Part shown: positions 1-14,109 of the stretch, one piece after another
How positions within the stretch are numbered: position 1 is the stretch's first letter
Layout of the letters: every line of letters starts with the position of its first letter
DNA from: Octopus bimaculoides
Lineage: Eukaryota
Length of the DNA: 64,000 nucleotides
Assembly: GCF_001194135.2 (NCBI RefSeq)
Contig: NC_068993.1
Coordinates: 26,055,321 to 26,119,320 of the forward strand
Direction: 5' to 3'
Made by a program: the position numbers and the translations under genes
Notes under the pieces: generated by a model
What the model was told of the DNA's origin: nothing
What the model saw: the letters and a program-made list of their open reading frames with translations, nothing else
Database searches by the model: none

Positions 1-372
1 ATATACATATATATATACATATGTACATACATATATATATACATATATACATACATATATACATATATATATACATATATATATACATATATATACATAT
101 ATATACATACATATATATATACATACATATATATATACATACATACATACATACATATATATACATATATATATATATATATACATATATACATATATAT
201 ATATATACATATATACATATATATATATATACATATATACACATATATATATATATATATATATGATGATAATGATATACATATACCCATATATATATAC
301 ACACACATATATATATACATATGTATATATATACATATACACACATATTATCATCATCATCATCATATATAT
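1..372. repeat. compound (TA)n/(TACA)n microsatellite
   Basis: Near-pure TA/TACA repeats ending in a short (ATC)n run; source of the spurious YIYI ORFs. Confidence 0.95.
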
Positions 373-2374
373 ATATATACATATTCCAACAGAGATGGTT
401 TGGAAGTCTAAATTCTGTGGCTGTTATCTTATAAATATGTTCCATCAAAACATTCGAGAAAGTCTCCAAACTTCAAAACTTTGGGTGTTCCAGGTTAAGT
501 ACCAGTCAAACAATTTGTCCATGAAAAGATGTCAGTTACATGAAAGAATAAATAAATCAAGCCCCAGCTGTTCAACTGATTTGAGGCTGGGTAAAGCAGC
601 AAACAAGAACATCAAAAAGTGTAAATACCAATAGATACACAATCACTCTATTGTTGGCACTGATCAAGCACATGTATATCAGATTAATAATAATAATTTC
701 TTTAATAATAATGATGATGGTGACGATGATGACAATGTTGATAGATATTGGTGATGATGATGATTTCACTGAATGCATTGATAATAAAATTTTTTTTTAA
801 CTGATGAATAAAGGTTGTCTGAGAATTAGTGTTGTAGCCTGTCCATTGGAGGAAACGTTTCATAGTAATTTATGGTATAAATACAATGCTAATATTTTTG
901 TAGGAAAGATGCTATAGTTAACAGAATGAACTTAGAATATTACCAGTACTTATTTTATCAACTCCAGAAGGGTAATGGATAATGTTGATCCTAATAGGCT
1001 TTGAATTTGGAACATAAAAGGCAAATAACAAAATAAAGTAAAGCATTTTAGCCCAACACACCATTTTGGTACTGTCATTTCTGCAACTTCAACATCAATA
1101 ATATGAATTTCTAATATAATCACATGGCAAGTTCTATCTGAAAGATGGTTGATAGTTAATTGTACACAATACTTGATGGATATTTTAATATTTTCAACAC
1201 TTGGAATTTAAACTTGAAATGTGTAGAAGGCATAACTAAATACAACAAATCTCTGCCATCCAACACTCTTAATAGCAAGAATAAATATCATTTACATCGG
1301 CACAAGACTAAGAATTTTGAAGAAGAGTAGTCAGTTATATAGTCCACAGTATCTGATACTTATTTTATAGATTCTGGAAGGATAAAAAGCAACATTGGAT
1401 TTGAACTCAAAACATAAAGAAATGCAATACCAATGAAACAGGGGTATGAAGTTTTAAATACTTTAGAAGAAGGTAAGATGCGATGTTAACACTCATCTGA
1501 AGAATATTTTTATAAATGAAATGGAGGAAATTTGATGATTGAAATCTTTATGTTTTGTCAAAGGACATTAGTGACAGGGTGAATGAAAATGCTGAAAGGA
1601 GGGATTAAACACAAGCAATAATGTTAGGATATCTAGACACTGTCATTATTATAATGTGATCACAAACAAATAAGATATCTTGGTAAAAAAAAAACCTTTC
1701 CTATACATTTAATGATGTGGGATTTAGATTATTAGAATAAAGAAAGCAAAACATTTTATTTGTAATTATTTAGTCCAAGATGGAAAGTGCCCTATACTTT
1801 GCAGATCATCCCACCTTTATGAACAAGGCAGGTATTCTAGAGGTCTAGAATTCTAGAAAGAAAAGACAGAATGTAAATATTAGTTTAGAGTGTGTAAAAT
1901 AGTGGGAATGAAAATCATTAACGGTATAGTATTCATACTTTAATGGAAAACATTAACAATGTGTGTGCATGTAATGGGTGTGAAACAAGAGATAGACTCA
2001 TTCAGAGTGAAGGATAAATTGTATGGTGCTTTTGTACAGAGTGCAGTGCTACATGGCAGTGAGGCCTGGGCCATGAACGTAGGGGATCTATGAAAGCTAA
2101 AAAGAAACAGGGTATGCATGCTTTGCTGGATGTGTAATGTCAATGTGTAGGAATGAGATTTGAACAAATTTGTCTCACTGGCTTAAAACTGGCCCTGATC
2201 AAACCCTCTCTAATCACCCAGTTTAGAATTATCACACTATCTCTCCAATGTTTTTTTCAGGTATGGTAGCACCTTTGGGACCTTACAATAGCAAGGTGCA
2301 ATGAGAAAAAGTACTCAGTAAAATGTGCGATACTTATTCATATAGCAGTACTATCTTAAAGAAACATCTCCATA

Positions 2375-2660
2375 AACGTACTAAGTAAAATCTCCTAGAG
2401 ATCAAAATCAACAGAATGTGGAGCATGAAACCAAAATAATATCAGTATTCATTGGAGCTCTAGAAGTTATAAAAAAAGAGAAAAATTCACAAACCATATG
2501 CCAGTTAACATCAATATCTACACAGTCCAGGAGATCGCCCTACTGGGAACAGCCAACATACTATGGAGAGTACTGTCAATTAAGTGACATCTTCCCTATG
2601 GTACAAAAGAAATTATGCCTTGAATAATAATAACAACATCAACAACAACAATAACAACAA
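2375..2660 (+). mobile_element. 3' fragment of R4/Dong-like non-LTR retrotransposon (restriction-like endonuclease C-terminus) with (AAT/AAC)n tail
   Basis: Frameshifted translation LEIKINRMWSM / ETKIISVFIGALEVIKK / YTVQEIALLGTANILWRVLSIK* (stop 2585-2587) resembles the C-terminal KY.DL.IEI.RMW...IPV.IGALG...LQKIALLGTA.ILR.VL motif of R4/Dong ORFs; clade assignment from motif recall. Confidence 0.65.
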
Positions 2661-2667
2661 TAACAAT

Positions 2668-2886
2668 AATGATTTCAAAATTTGGCACAAGACTAGCAAG
2701 TTTAGGGGAGGGGTTAAGTTGATTACATCAACCACAGTGCTCAACTGGTACTTATTTTATTGCCTCCTGAAGGAATGAAAATCAAAGCCAACTTCGGTGG
2801 AATTTGAAGTCAGAACATAAAGACAGATGAAATGCCACTAAGCATTTTGCCCATCGAGTTAACAATCCTGCTAGCTCACAGCCTTC
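2668..2886 (-). mobile_element. tRNA-derived SINE, family B
   Basis: Reverse complement of the family-B pattern (gagctagcaggattgttaac ... ttcaaattccaccgaagttggctttg ... aaaataagtaccagttgagcactg) also seen at 36741, 2951, 28619 and 63505. Confidence 0.8.
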
Positions 2887-2950
2887 TTATTAATAATAAT
2901 AATGATAATAATAATAATAATGATGATGATGACAATGATGATAACATTAA

Positions 2951-3164
2951 TAATCCTTTCTACTATAGGCATGATGCCTGAAATCTCGGAGGAGGGGACT
3001 AGTCAATTACATTGACCCCAGTGCTTGAGTGGTACTTATTTTATCAACCCCAAAAAGATGAAAAGCAAAATCAACCCAGGCGGAATTTGAACTCAGAATG
3101 TAAAGACGGTTGAAAGGCCACTAAGCATTTTACCCAGCATGCTAACAATTCTGCCAGCTTGCTT
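2951..3164 (-). mobile_element. tRNA-derived SINE, family B
   Basis: Same family and orientation as the adjacent 2668-2886 copy; B-box-like gagttcaaattcc on the minus strand and an (ATT)n-type tail. Confidence 0.85.
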
Positions 3165-3561
3165 AATAACAACAACAACTACTATTTCAACAATAATAAT
3201 CCTTTTTGACTCGACAGACTGTCTTCAATTTGCAGATAAGTGGATACAAAAACATAAAATGGACCAATTTACTATGTATTTAGTATCCATGTTGTACTGG
3301 AACTACATAGCTTTGCTGATCCAATTAATTTAGTTCCAGGATTCAGTATCTTAGTTCCTTACTCCATTACTTAAATATTTCTATCTACCAAGCAAAATTC
3401 TACTTATACAGCATATATGTGCAGTAAACATATGAATAGGACTCCATTTAGATATTCATTCTTACCCTTCACTTTATTGGTACTGCAGTTAGTAATGCTT
3501 AGCTTGTCAATTTTCTGCTCTGGGTTGAGTTGCATCATTCACAATCTTGTTACATGTTTAA

Positions 3562-3782
3562 CTCTTTTGATACCAACCCACCCAAGACTACCTCTGGTTC
3601 TATGACAAAAACTTCCTTCTTTTAAAGTGATCTCATTTTACATATTCCATTAAAATTTTATGTGAATTTACACCAAACACCAGCTTAAAAATAACAAAGT
3701 TAATTTGTTAAAACCATCATTACTTGCAAAATAATTGGAAACAAAAGCCGTGTATTTCAGCAGAAATATTGTAATAAAAGGG
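3562..3782. mobile_element. piggyBac-type MITE (family M2)
   Basis: TTAA at 3558-3561, then ctcttttgatacc ... tgtaataaaaggg, then TTGA; internal sequence homologous to 12480-12692. Confidence 0.7.
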
Positions 3783-3873
3783 TTGACAACAATGGTTAGT
3801 GATCCCTGATAAGCCTTAAGACAAAGTTAATCCATGAATCCCCATTTCAAGCTACCCTGTTGATTAACTATGT

Positions 3874-4130
3874 CAGTGGTCCTCAACCAGGGTCCATATG
3901 GCCCTTGGGGGTCTATATAAGAGTTTGTAGTTAAATTTTATGTGCAATAAAACTTGTTATACTTCTACAATTCATAAAATATTTTAACAATTTTTTAATA
4001 CAATTCCTAATAATATTTAACTACAAAAATATAATAGGATTTTCTTAAACATTGAATAGATATGGGGGTGGGGTGCAGTAAAATAGGAATCAAAGGTGTC
4101 TGTAGGCAAAAAAATGGTTGAGAACCACTG
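3874..4130. mobile_element. hAT (Charlie-like) MITE
   Basis: TIRs cagtggtcctcaacc / ggttgagaaccactg; an inverted homologue lies at about 44880-45131; no clear 8-bp TSD remains. Confidence 0.7.
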
Positions 4131-4554
4131 AACGAACCTAATGATATAATATTGTGTGTGTGTGTGTGTGTGCGTGCATGCATACATATGTGTGTGTGTG
4201 TGTGTGCATGTAGAATACTATTGTATCTTTACAAACGGTACCTTCATCCTCCTGTCAGATTCCAATAGCACTCTGGTATTGGATTATGGTACTTTTTGGA
4301 CAGTGAGGTTACATGCTCTGGCATATGACACACATACACACACAACCAAGTTGAGATATAGTAAATGGTGATAAGAGAGATTAGTGAAAAAACAAAAAAA
4401 AACAAAAGAAATTAATAGCTGAATTAATAAGCACTTATGACTTAGAATAATGAAGCTATTAAAGTTTTCTAGCTATCTAGATCCCTGTTTTGTATTTGGC
4501 TATTTTTCTTCATTTATTTGAGTTTTTTCAAAGTTGATATTAATTCAATAAAAT

Positions 4555-4557
<3 letters not shown>

Positions 4558-4650
<93 letters not shown>
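4558..4650. repeat. (TG)n(AG)n microsatellite
   Basis: Direct reading. Confidence 0.95.
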
Positions 4651-5261
4651 AGAAAGAGAGCAACAAGTGTATTACTGATAGTGTATAGTTTAAAAGAAAT
4701 TGTGCTTATTTGGAAGTAGTCACCTCCAGTACCAGTTGAAGCAAAAGCAATTTGATATTCACATTTGAAGGTTAAATATAGTTCAATGAACCAGTTCCAA
4801 CAAGTTGCCAACTAAAACATCATAAAGAAACAATAAATTTGCCTTAAAAATCAATACAGTTTTGGTTTTAATGCTTTAGAGCAATTTATTTTATGAAATA
4901 TTCTATTTGAAATTATTGTTAGTGAGAAAGACCTAGAGTGAACAGAACGTAAGCAGTCTCACAACCCATAAATTTATGACTTTCAATCGAAGTTGTCTCT
5001 CAGATATGTGTGACACACAGCCATGTATACACAACAGATAATATGGTAACAGACAGATAAAAAAAACATCAACACAAAAAAAAAACAAGAAATCAAGGAA
5101 GAAAATAAGCAACTAAAATGTCATACATATGCAAAAGTAACCAAAACAATATTGAAAACACAAGTTAATATATTTTGATAGTTTCAAACTCTCAAAACAC
5201 ACACACACACACACATGTGCATACACACAAAAAAAAATACCCACACATATTCTTTTACTTG

Positions 5262-5504
5262 TTTCAGTCATTTGACTGTGGCCATGCTGGAGCACTGCCA
5301 TAAAGGATTTTTTAGTCAAACAAATCGACCCCAGGACTTATTATTTGTAAGCCTAGTACTTATTCTATCGGTCTCTTTTGCAAAACCACTAAGTTATGGG
5401 GAGATAAACACAGACACAAAGACACACACACACACATATATATAAATCTCTGAACGAGGTATAAAGAAACCCGTTGTATATACATGTATATATATATATA
5501 TATA

Positions 5505-5585
<81 letters not shown>

Positions 5586-6300
5586 NNNNNNNNNNNNNNN
5601 NNNNNNNNNNNNNNNNNNNNNNNNNNNNNNNNNNNNNNNNNNNNNNNNNNNNNNNNNNNNNNNNNNNNNNNNNNNNNNNNNNNNNNNNNNNNNNNNNNNN
5701 NNNNNNNNNNNNNNNNNNNNNNNNNNNNNNNNNNNNNNNNNNNNNNNNNNNNNNNNNNNNNNNNNNNNNNNNNNNNNNNNNNNNNNNNNNNNNNNNNNNN
5801 NNNNNNNNNNNNNNNNNNNNNNNNNNNNNNNNNNNNNNNNNNNNNNNNNNNNNNNNNNNNNNNNNNNNNNNNNNNNNNNNNNNNNNNNNNNNNNNNNNNN
5901 NNNNNNNNNNNNNNNNNNNNNNNNNNNNNNNNNNNNNNNNNNNNNNNNNNNNNNNNNNNNNNNNNNNNNNNNNNNNNNNNNNNNNNNNNNNNNNNNNNNN
6001 NNNNNNNNNNNNNNNNNNNNNNNNNNNNNNNNNNNNNNNNNNNNNNNNNNNNNNNNNNNNNNNNNNNNNNNNNNNNNNNNNNNNNNNNNNNNNNNNNNNN
6101 NNNNNNNNNNNNNNNNNNNNNNNNNNNNNNNNNNNNNNNNNNNNNNNNNNNNNNNNNNNNNNNNNNNNNTATATATATATATATATATATATATACATAC
6201 ACAACGGGTATTCACTAACAAATTCACTCGTGGGACTGAACCCAGAAATGTGTGGTTGAGAAACAAGCTTCTTACCACACAGTCATACCTGCACCTATAT
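5262..6300 (-). mobile_element. tRNA-derived SINE, family A, whose internal (TA)n is expanded and spans an assembly gap
   Basis: 3' part (ttttacttgtttcagtcatttgactgtggcc...) at 5262-5430 and head part (gggactgaacccagaaatgtgtggttg...ttaccacacag) at about 6200-6300 match the 50318-50725 copy in reverse. Confidence 0.7.
5586..6170. other. assembly gap (585 N)
   Basis: N run flanked by (TA)n on both sides. Confidence 1.
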
Positions 6301-7049
6301 ACATACATTTTACATAAACACATACATACACATGTACACACACACACACAAACAAACAGGCAGGAATAGTAAATGTGCAGGCATTGCTATGTGATTCACA
6401 AACATAATCCCCAACTGCATGGATTCAGTTTAGCCCCACATCAAGAAAGAATCCTCCACTAGAGCCTGAGACCTGTGTGAGTCAGTTTGTGTGTGTGTGT
6501 CAGTCTGCATACACATGTGCATGCACTTGCTTGTGTGTCTGTATATTCATTTACATATATGCATTTAAGAAATGACATGTTGTAAAGTGATAACACTGTT
6601 CTCGTTTCTCCTGTTAACAAATTATTAGCTGACTTTGCAATTTTGAAGACATGTGAAATGAGAAACACCTTATTGAACACAGGAAAGAGATGATAACTGA
6701 AAGGGTATCTTGCCACATTATTCACATATTCTCTGCATTCACATCCGCTGTATATACTTCAAGCAGTAAAGAAATTAAAAGAAAAAAAAAATCACCTATG
6801 GGGCTGGGATTACATGTTTTTGTTTATACCTCAGCACACCCAAAAGAGATTCTATTTCAGAAGAAAAACGCAGAAACTTCATCAGTCTTTATACATTATG
6901 TATGACACATAGAGAGCAATATATACATATACAAATTTCAACTCTATATTGTACGCTCATGTAGTCATACCAGTTTTTCAATGGACTCTTCCATTATTGA
7001 AATTCGCTTCAAAACATCACATTTGAACCTTTTTGAATTTTTTTGAACA

Positions 7050-8940
7050 GTGTCGGCTATAGCCTAGTCACCCGTATAGTTAACCAGGTGATACACGAAG
7101 GAGTCATACCCAATGACTGGTGTAGCAGCACCATTGTCAATTGCTACAAAGGTAAAGGTGACGCTTTAGATACAAATAATTACAGAGGTATCAAGTTGTT
7201 AGATCAGGTAATGAAAGTCACGGAGAGGGTCATAGCCCAACTAATTAGGGAGCGAGTCAGTTTAGATGAGATGCACTTTGGGTTCGTGCCTGGGAAAAGC
7301 ACCACTGATGCTATATTTCTGGTAAGACAGCTTCAGGAGAAATACCTAGCCAAGGATAAACCTCTGTACCTTGCTTTCGTTCACATGGAGAAAGCCTTTA
7401 ACAGGATCCCCCAATCCACCATCTGGTGGTCAATGAGGAAACTAAGGATAGAAGAATGGTTAGTGAGAGCTGTGTGAGCCATGTACAGAGACGCTGTCAG
7501 TAAGGTGAGAGTTGGAAATGAGTACAGTGAAGAATTCCGGGTAGAGGTAGGGGTCCACCAAGGTTCTGTCCTCAGCCCCCTCCTATTTATCATAGTCCTC
7601 CAGGCAATAACAGAGGAATTCAAGACAGGTTGCCACTGCGAGCTCCTCTATGCTGATGACCTTGCACTAATTGCTGAGTCACTATCAGAACTAGAGGAGA
7701 AGTTTCAGGTGTGGAAGCAAGGACTAGAACTGAAGGGCCATAGAGTCAACCTAGCTAAAACCAAAGTCCTAATAAGTAGGAAGGTAGACAAAACACAAAC
7801 TGCTTCAGGTAGATGGCCTTGCTCAATCTGTAGAAAAGGCGGAGGTAGAAACTCTATAAGATGCAACCAGTGCAAGCTATGAATACATAAGAGGTGCAGC
7901 AATATCAAAGAAAGGTTAACTAGGAAGTTAGTTTTTGTATGCAGCAGATGTTCAGGAGCAAAAAAACACTGTGAATGTGCAGAAAACAACTACTGCCACA
8001 TTCCACGGAGAAAAACTAGACGTAGTTGATAGCTTCCTCTATCTAGGTGACCAAGTTAGTAGTGGGGGAGGGTGCTCTGAAAGTGTAGCTGCTACAATAA
8101 GAATAGCCTGGTCAAAATTCAGAGAGCTCTTACCTCTGCTGGTGACAAGGAGTCTCTCTCTCAGAGTAAAAGGCAGATTGTATAACACATGTGTACGAAC
8201 AGCCATGCTTCATGGCAGTGTAACATGGGCCGTGACTGCTGAAGACATGCATAGGCTCGCAAGGAATGAAGCCAGTATGATCCGATGGATGTGTAAAGTC
8301 AGTGTGCATACTAGTCAGAGCATAAGTACCTTGAGAGAAAAGTGGGACCTAAGATGCATCCGTTGTGGTGTACAAGAGAGACGATTGCGCTGGTATGGTC
8401 ATGTGGCGAGAATGGATGAGGATAGCTGTTTGAAAAAGTGTCACTCCCTAGCAATTGAGGGAACCTGTGGAAGAGGTAGACCCAGGAAGACCTAGGATGA
8501 GGTGGTGAGGCACGACCTTGAACATTGGGCCTCACCGAGGTGATGACTTCTGACCAACACCTTTGGAAATACGCTGTGCGTGAGAAGACCCGGCAAGCCA
8601 AGTGAGACCCAAACCTAAGGCCTCCGCCAGGAGTGTAGCCAGCCCACTTATGCGTACCTTCCTCCATTGGACACTAAACTCCGCTTGTGAAGACCTGTTG
8701 AGGCAAGTGAAATCGAAATTGAACTAAATTTGTAGACTGGCACCCATGCCAACATCTCTTTCATTGAACACTAAACTCGGCTTGCGATGACCTGTTGGGG
8801 CAAGCGAAAGCGAAATCGTGGTGGCACCTGTACCAGTGGAGCACTAAGATCACCATCTGAGCTTGATCGTTGCCAGAGCAGCTATCTGGCTTCCATGCTG
8901 GTGGCATGTAAATAGCACCATTTGAGCGTGATTGTTACCA
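7050..8940 (+). mobile_element. 5'-truncated, decayed RTE-clade LINE (RT domain, C-terminus, part of 3' UTR)
   Basis: ORF fragments 7043-7477, 7481-7882 and 7935-8495 carry YKGKGDALDTNNYRGIKLL, GFVPGKSTTDAIF, GVHQGSVLSPLLF, LYADD, FLYLG, RRLRWYGHV and GRGRPRKT; broken by stops and frameshifts. Confidence 0.93.
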
Positions 8941-9007
8941 ACATATGTACATATATCTATATATATATGTGTGTGTGTATGTATGTGTATATATATATAT
9001 ATATATA

Positions 9008-9107
9008 NNNNNNNNNNNNNNNNNNNNNNNNNNNNNNNNNNNNNNNNNNNNNNNNNNNNNNNNNNNNNNNNNNNNNNNNNNNNNNNNNNNNNNNNNNNNN
9101 NNNNNNN
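9008..9107. other. assembly gap (100 N)
   Basis: N run. Confidence 1.
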
Positions 9108-9241
9108 AGGACTTATTCTTTGTAAGCCTAGTACTTATTCTATCGGTCTCTCTAGCCAAACCACTAAGTAATGGAGACGTAAACACACCATCATTGGTTG
9201 TTAAGCGTTGTTGAGGGGGACAAACACAAACACACACACAC

Positions 9242-9308
<67 letters not shown>

Positions 9309-9465
9309 ACAGGCTTCTTTTAGTTTCCGTCTACCAAATCCACTCACAAGGCTTTGGTCGGCCTGAGGCTATAGTAGAAGACACTTGCCCAAGGTGCCAT
9401 GCAGTGGGACTGAACTCAGAACTATGTGGTTGGTAAGCAAGCTACTTACCACACAACCACTCCTA
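9108..9465 (-). mobile_element. tRNA-derived SINE, family A
   Basis: Reverse complement of 50318-50725, including the internal (TA)n. Confidence 0.88.
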
Positions 9466-9559
9466 TCTATCTATCTATCTATCTGTGTGTGTGTGTGTTA
9501 TATAAATATATATAAAAAATTACATAATGTGAAAACAAGAAAATTAGAAATACAGAAGT

Positions 9560-10400
9560 ATACATCTCCAATCAAATGTGGATCAGTTATACTGGAAAAG
9601 AGCAGGAGGAAAGATTTAATGAGTATCAAAGAAGTATTTAAACAAGTCTAGGTTGCCAGCCATTAAAATAAAGAAAAATTGATATTGAATATCTTAAAAG
9701 GAAGAAATTTTCCTCGAAAAGGTAATAAATGAAAGATGACTATTTATAGAATTTGTAAAGCCCCAAAAGAGCGAATAGAGAAATATATAGAAAAGTGAGC
9801 ATCAACTATGAAAAAAATAACTGCATTCAGTGGTTTTCAAAAACACAAAAGAAATAAGGTACGACAATAACAGCTGGCAATAGTTTTAAAAATTAGTATT
9901 TAAGAAACTAAGGGAATTACTTTGGCAGCACAAGAACAGACCTAAAGGTAAACTGGATGAAGATCTTGATACAACTGGATGAAGATCTTGGCATGCCCAT
10001 TTGTTACTAGAATTAAAAAAAAAAAACAGAATGGAAAAAGAAGAATATTGTACCAATGGAGTAGAAGTCCTCAAACACTGGAACAAATAAATTAACAAAG
10101 TCATGATCCTGTCAGTTACCATTATGACCTTCAGAACTGTAACAAAGAACTTTGAGAACAAACTTGGGAAAACATGATCTTAATTTGGAAGTGAGTTCAA
10201 TGCAGAAAACATGTCTACTAGGGTCGGCAACAATTGACCAGAGTCTTCAGCAGAAAATAAAAACAGAAATGAAAAGCAAAAGAAACTTTTATATAATCAA
10301 GAAACAGAGCATTCCTCATCCCATTCCTCATTGTGTGGTTCAACAGGAAGTATAACTAAACCAGGCACAACACCAATACCACGAAGCAATAGAGTAATAA
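9560..10400 (+). mobile_element. highly decayed R4/Dong-like non-LTR fragment
   Basis: Motif remnants in the expected order: SNVDQLYWKRAGG (cf. S.VDRLY..R..GGRGL), ETKGITLAAQEQ (cf. ETEG.I.AAQEQ), MQKTCLLGSATI (cf. LQKACLLGTA.I). Confidence 0.55.
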
Positions 10401-10614
10401 TGATGAGTTCTCATTTGGGCACAAGGTCAGCAATTTTGTGGGAGAGAGTTAGTCAGTTATACTGATGACAGTACTTGATGGGTACATTATTTCATTACCC
10501 TGTAAGATGAAAATGGACCTCAGTGAGATCTAAACTCAGAATGTAAGAGCAAAAACAAAAACCACCAGGTACTTTGTTCAACACTCAAATGATTCTATCA
10601 GTCCACCACCCTCA

Positions 10615-10775
10615 ACCACAACAATAATCATCATCATCATCATCCATGTTGGCATGGGTTGGACAGTTTGACCAGGGCTGGCAAGCTGAGGGGCTGCACC
10701 AAACTCCAGTCTGATTTGGCATGGTTTCTATGACTTGATGCTCTTCCTCATGCCAACCGCTCCAAGAGTATGATG
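10615..10775 (-). mobile_element. RTE 3'-tail fragment
   Basis: catcatccatgttggcatgggttggacagtttgac...ctgcaccaaactccagtctgatttggc matches the RTE 3' end at 26760-26900. Confidence 0.75.
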
Positions 10776-12479
10776 TTATGATGATGATGATAAATATTTT
10801 CACTTAATTCTTAATTCTGTAGCATTAAATAGATGGGGTATGATTATTTGTCTGATTAAAATCCTCATTACTTAGTAATCAGAAATAACATGGCCATCAA
10901 GTTCTATTAACTATTATGGCTAAGTTAACTGAGGCATGACAGTGAAATCCTGAATTGGTTGTCCAATACTCTGATCTATTAGACTTCTACATATTAAACG
11001 AAAACATAACAAAGTGAAGAGTGAAATCAACTAACACTAAATAGATTTCCTTTAATAAACAAACTTTTAATGTTTCTACAAAATGCTGGTGGAGGAGGAG
11101 TGAAACAGAAAATTTTTAAGTGGCTATGCATAAAGAGATGAAATTTCTGATCACACTACAGCAAACTGTAAAACATATTGGATATGTGAATTGTATCTCA
11201 CAATTGTTATTGAAACGGACAGGAAGAGATAAGGCATGAACATGAATTAGATATGTTCTAAGAGTGTTGTAACTTAAGGAAAATTGGCCAAAGACTGATG
11301 CTACTATGAACAACAGGAGGCATAGTATTGACGATCAAGGTCAACAGCATCAAGCTAAATGCCTTGTGGTATTTGTTCTAGCTCTCTATATTCCCAGTTT
11401 AAATCCTGCAAAGGTCATTGTTGCCTTTCATACCTTCGGGTTTGATGAAATAAAATACCAGTTAAATACTGAGTTCAATTAATCCCTTCAAAATTGCTGG
11501 TCTAGGGCCCTAATTAGCTGAGCAATTAGGCTGACAGCAATATCACCAGATATTCATGAAATACTGAAAGAACAAATATTTATCAATGAGTTAACAAAAA
11601 TATTTGGTTAGCAATTCAAACATATCATTTGAAAAAGGAAACTGAAACAGCTATAGCTTCATAAGATAGATGAGAAGAGTCAAAGATTTAGTAAAGATGA
11701 AAGCTATGTGTACATAGGATGAAACATTAGGAAACCATGTGTTTATTTTCTCTGGATCATTAAGTTATTTCAGATATAGCCATACAGTATCATAACATCA
11801 CTACTATTCTGGGATTCTAGAGGAAAAGCATTCATTAAAATAATCAAGAAAGAAGCTGCAAGCACAAGCAAACATATTTCTACAGTATACAATGGTGACA
11901 AAACAAGAAAAAAAACTAGAGATTAGTTGTATTTTGTTTATGAAGAGAGAGCTGGGTCTAAATATTTTCATGACCCATAAAATGCTTCAGAGCAAAAGTC
12001 ACATGATCCAACAAAGTTCAAATGGAACAATGACAGAAACAACTTCATTTTGTTATCATTCCATGAAAGACAGTCTTACAGTAAATCTTTTAACGATACT
12101 CTTCATTAATCATCTAAATATGCATACAGAAATTGTCTGCATTAAAAGATGGGGGAGGTGATCTCTTTTAAATAGCATTTAAGACAAACACAATTTTCCA
12201 TCAATGGGTTTTCTGAGACATTAAAAAGTGAAATACAGAGAATGGTTGCAATGGATAGGTTGAAGTGAGAGGCCTTTAAATACTGAGGAGATGAATGGAA
12301 CTGATGTTCAGCTTTAGCTTCTGTAAGAAATACTTAAAGAGAAGTCCAACTAGAAATAGTAGCTAAATGTTCCTTATTCTACCATCTTAAAAAAAATTAA
12401 GGACATTGGATAATATAATCCAAGACACACTTTGTGCAAAAAAAAAATGATGTGTTGGTGATAACTGGAACTCCCTTAT

Positions 12480-12692
12480 CCCTTTTGATACCAACCCCTC
12501 AGACCAGCCTTGGTTCTATGATATAAACGTCCTATTTTACAGTGATCTGTTTGAAACCTTCCCTCAAAATTTCATGTTAATTTATGTTCCAAACACCATC
12601 TTATAATGTCGAAATTACTAAATTCTTAATTACTTTAAAAATTAATTGAAACAAAAGCACAGTATCAAAACAGAAATATGGTAATGAAAGGC
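12480..12692. mobile_element. piggyBac-type MITE (family M2)
   Basis: TTAT|cccttttgatacc ... ggtaatgaaaggc|TTAA; homologous to 3562-3782. Confidence 0.7.
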
Positions 12693-12979
12693 TTAAGTCT
12701 GTTCAATTAGAGCTGACCTACAACTAAATAATAACAAAGAGAAAGTTTCATTAAACTGAAACTGTGGGAAGGAGTAATTGTAGTTGTGAGGTAAATTTTG
12801 GATGCAAATACATCAAATAGGATGAACCAAAACCATTATCCAGCTAGCTATTTCAAAGGGACAGAAACTTTTGTAGTAGTAGCAGAAAGTCAGAAAAAAA
12901 GAAACTGCATGTTTGTGAGCCAATGGTTGTAGCATAGTGGTGAGACTTTGCCAACAAACCAAATACCCTTTTATGGAAG

Positions 12980-13690
12980 ATTGTCAAGAATGCTTAGGTG
13001 TCTTGAACCAAGAGTCGAGAAAGATTCAGTCTTTTGTTGGTTTCCTGGAGGAACTATCTCATCTCTGTTGCAGGTGTGACTGTCAAAGTTGTTGACAGCT
13101 TCACTTTTCTTGACAATGTTATCTATAGCAGCATTAGTTGTAAGTTCAAAGTCTTCAAAAGACTTGGGCATGCTGGTGTAGTTGTGGACTCACTGGACAA
13201 GGGTATTGAGCATTGCCGATATCTGAGCAGGAGGACAAAAGTTTGGGTCTTCAGGTCTCTGGTCCTCCTTGTCTTGCTCTACAGTTGCAAGGCCTGGATG
13301 CTGTTTGAAGCCTTTACAGACTGCCTGAGCTCTTTTGGTGCCAGGACACTTTGCAGGGTTATGGTTTCATATCCAACCAATGAATATATACTCAGAAACA
13401 GAGATGCATCCTGTCAACTTGTATGATTCAGGAGTATCAGCTGAGACTGATCTTGTTGCTTGATTTTCTCATTTGGCTCCTGCATACCATCTTCTCTTCT
13501 CTGAGAATCCAGCTGTGGTTGATGGCACATATTGGTCAGCCATATGCTTCATAGTCATAGCAGATGAGGAAGTATCTCGGAGAGATGGGAACTGACTAGG
13601 ACCCTACTTGGTGGGGGGTGGGGATGCACAGGATGACCAGAGCACACACTGACCACTGACAAATAGTACACGCAGTGACATGTGGCAACA
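12980..13690 (+). mobile_element. decayed RTE-like LINE fragment (lineage distinct from the 7 kb copy)
   Basis: VKVVDSFTFLDNVI...RYLSRRTKVWVFRSLVLLVLLYSCKAW resembles the post-RT V..F.YLG / TK..VF...V.S.LLY..E.W region of RTE ORFs. Confidence 0.7.
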
Positions 13691-13928
13691 GTGCATGCCC
13701 TCAACACTTCACTGGATCAGATGTTATGTGTGTAGCAATAATGTTATCCCAGATATGTGAGCAACATTCTAATTCAGGCAACAACTGAGCTTTGTAGAAA
13801 ATCAGCATTTGATCAGACCTTAAGTATTTTCTATTTGTGTAAACAACATAGAAGGCATGCAATTCATGTATAAAGTTTTCTTCTTTCTCCCAGATTCATA
13901 TATGTGTGTCAGTGGGGTGTATACATAT

Positions 13929-14107
<179 letters not shown>

Positions 14108-14109
14108 TA

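Noticed and set aside
21-634. ORFs rich in YI/HT/CV dipeptides here and at 5360-6347, 8922-9436, 13857-14193, 18228-18697 and 50085-50626
   Set aside because: Translations of (TA)n/(CA)n microsatellites and N gaps; not genes
9951-9990. Short tandem duplication of aactggatgaagatcttg
   Set aside because: Ordinary slippage duplication inside a decayed retroelement
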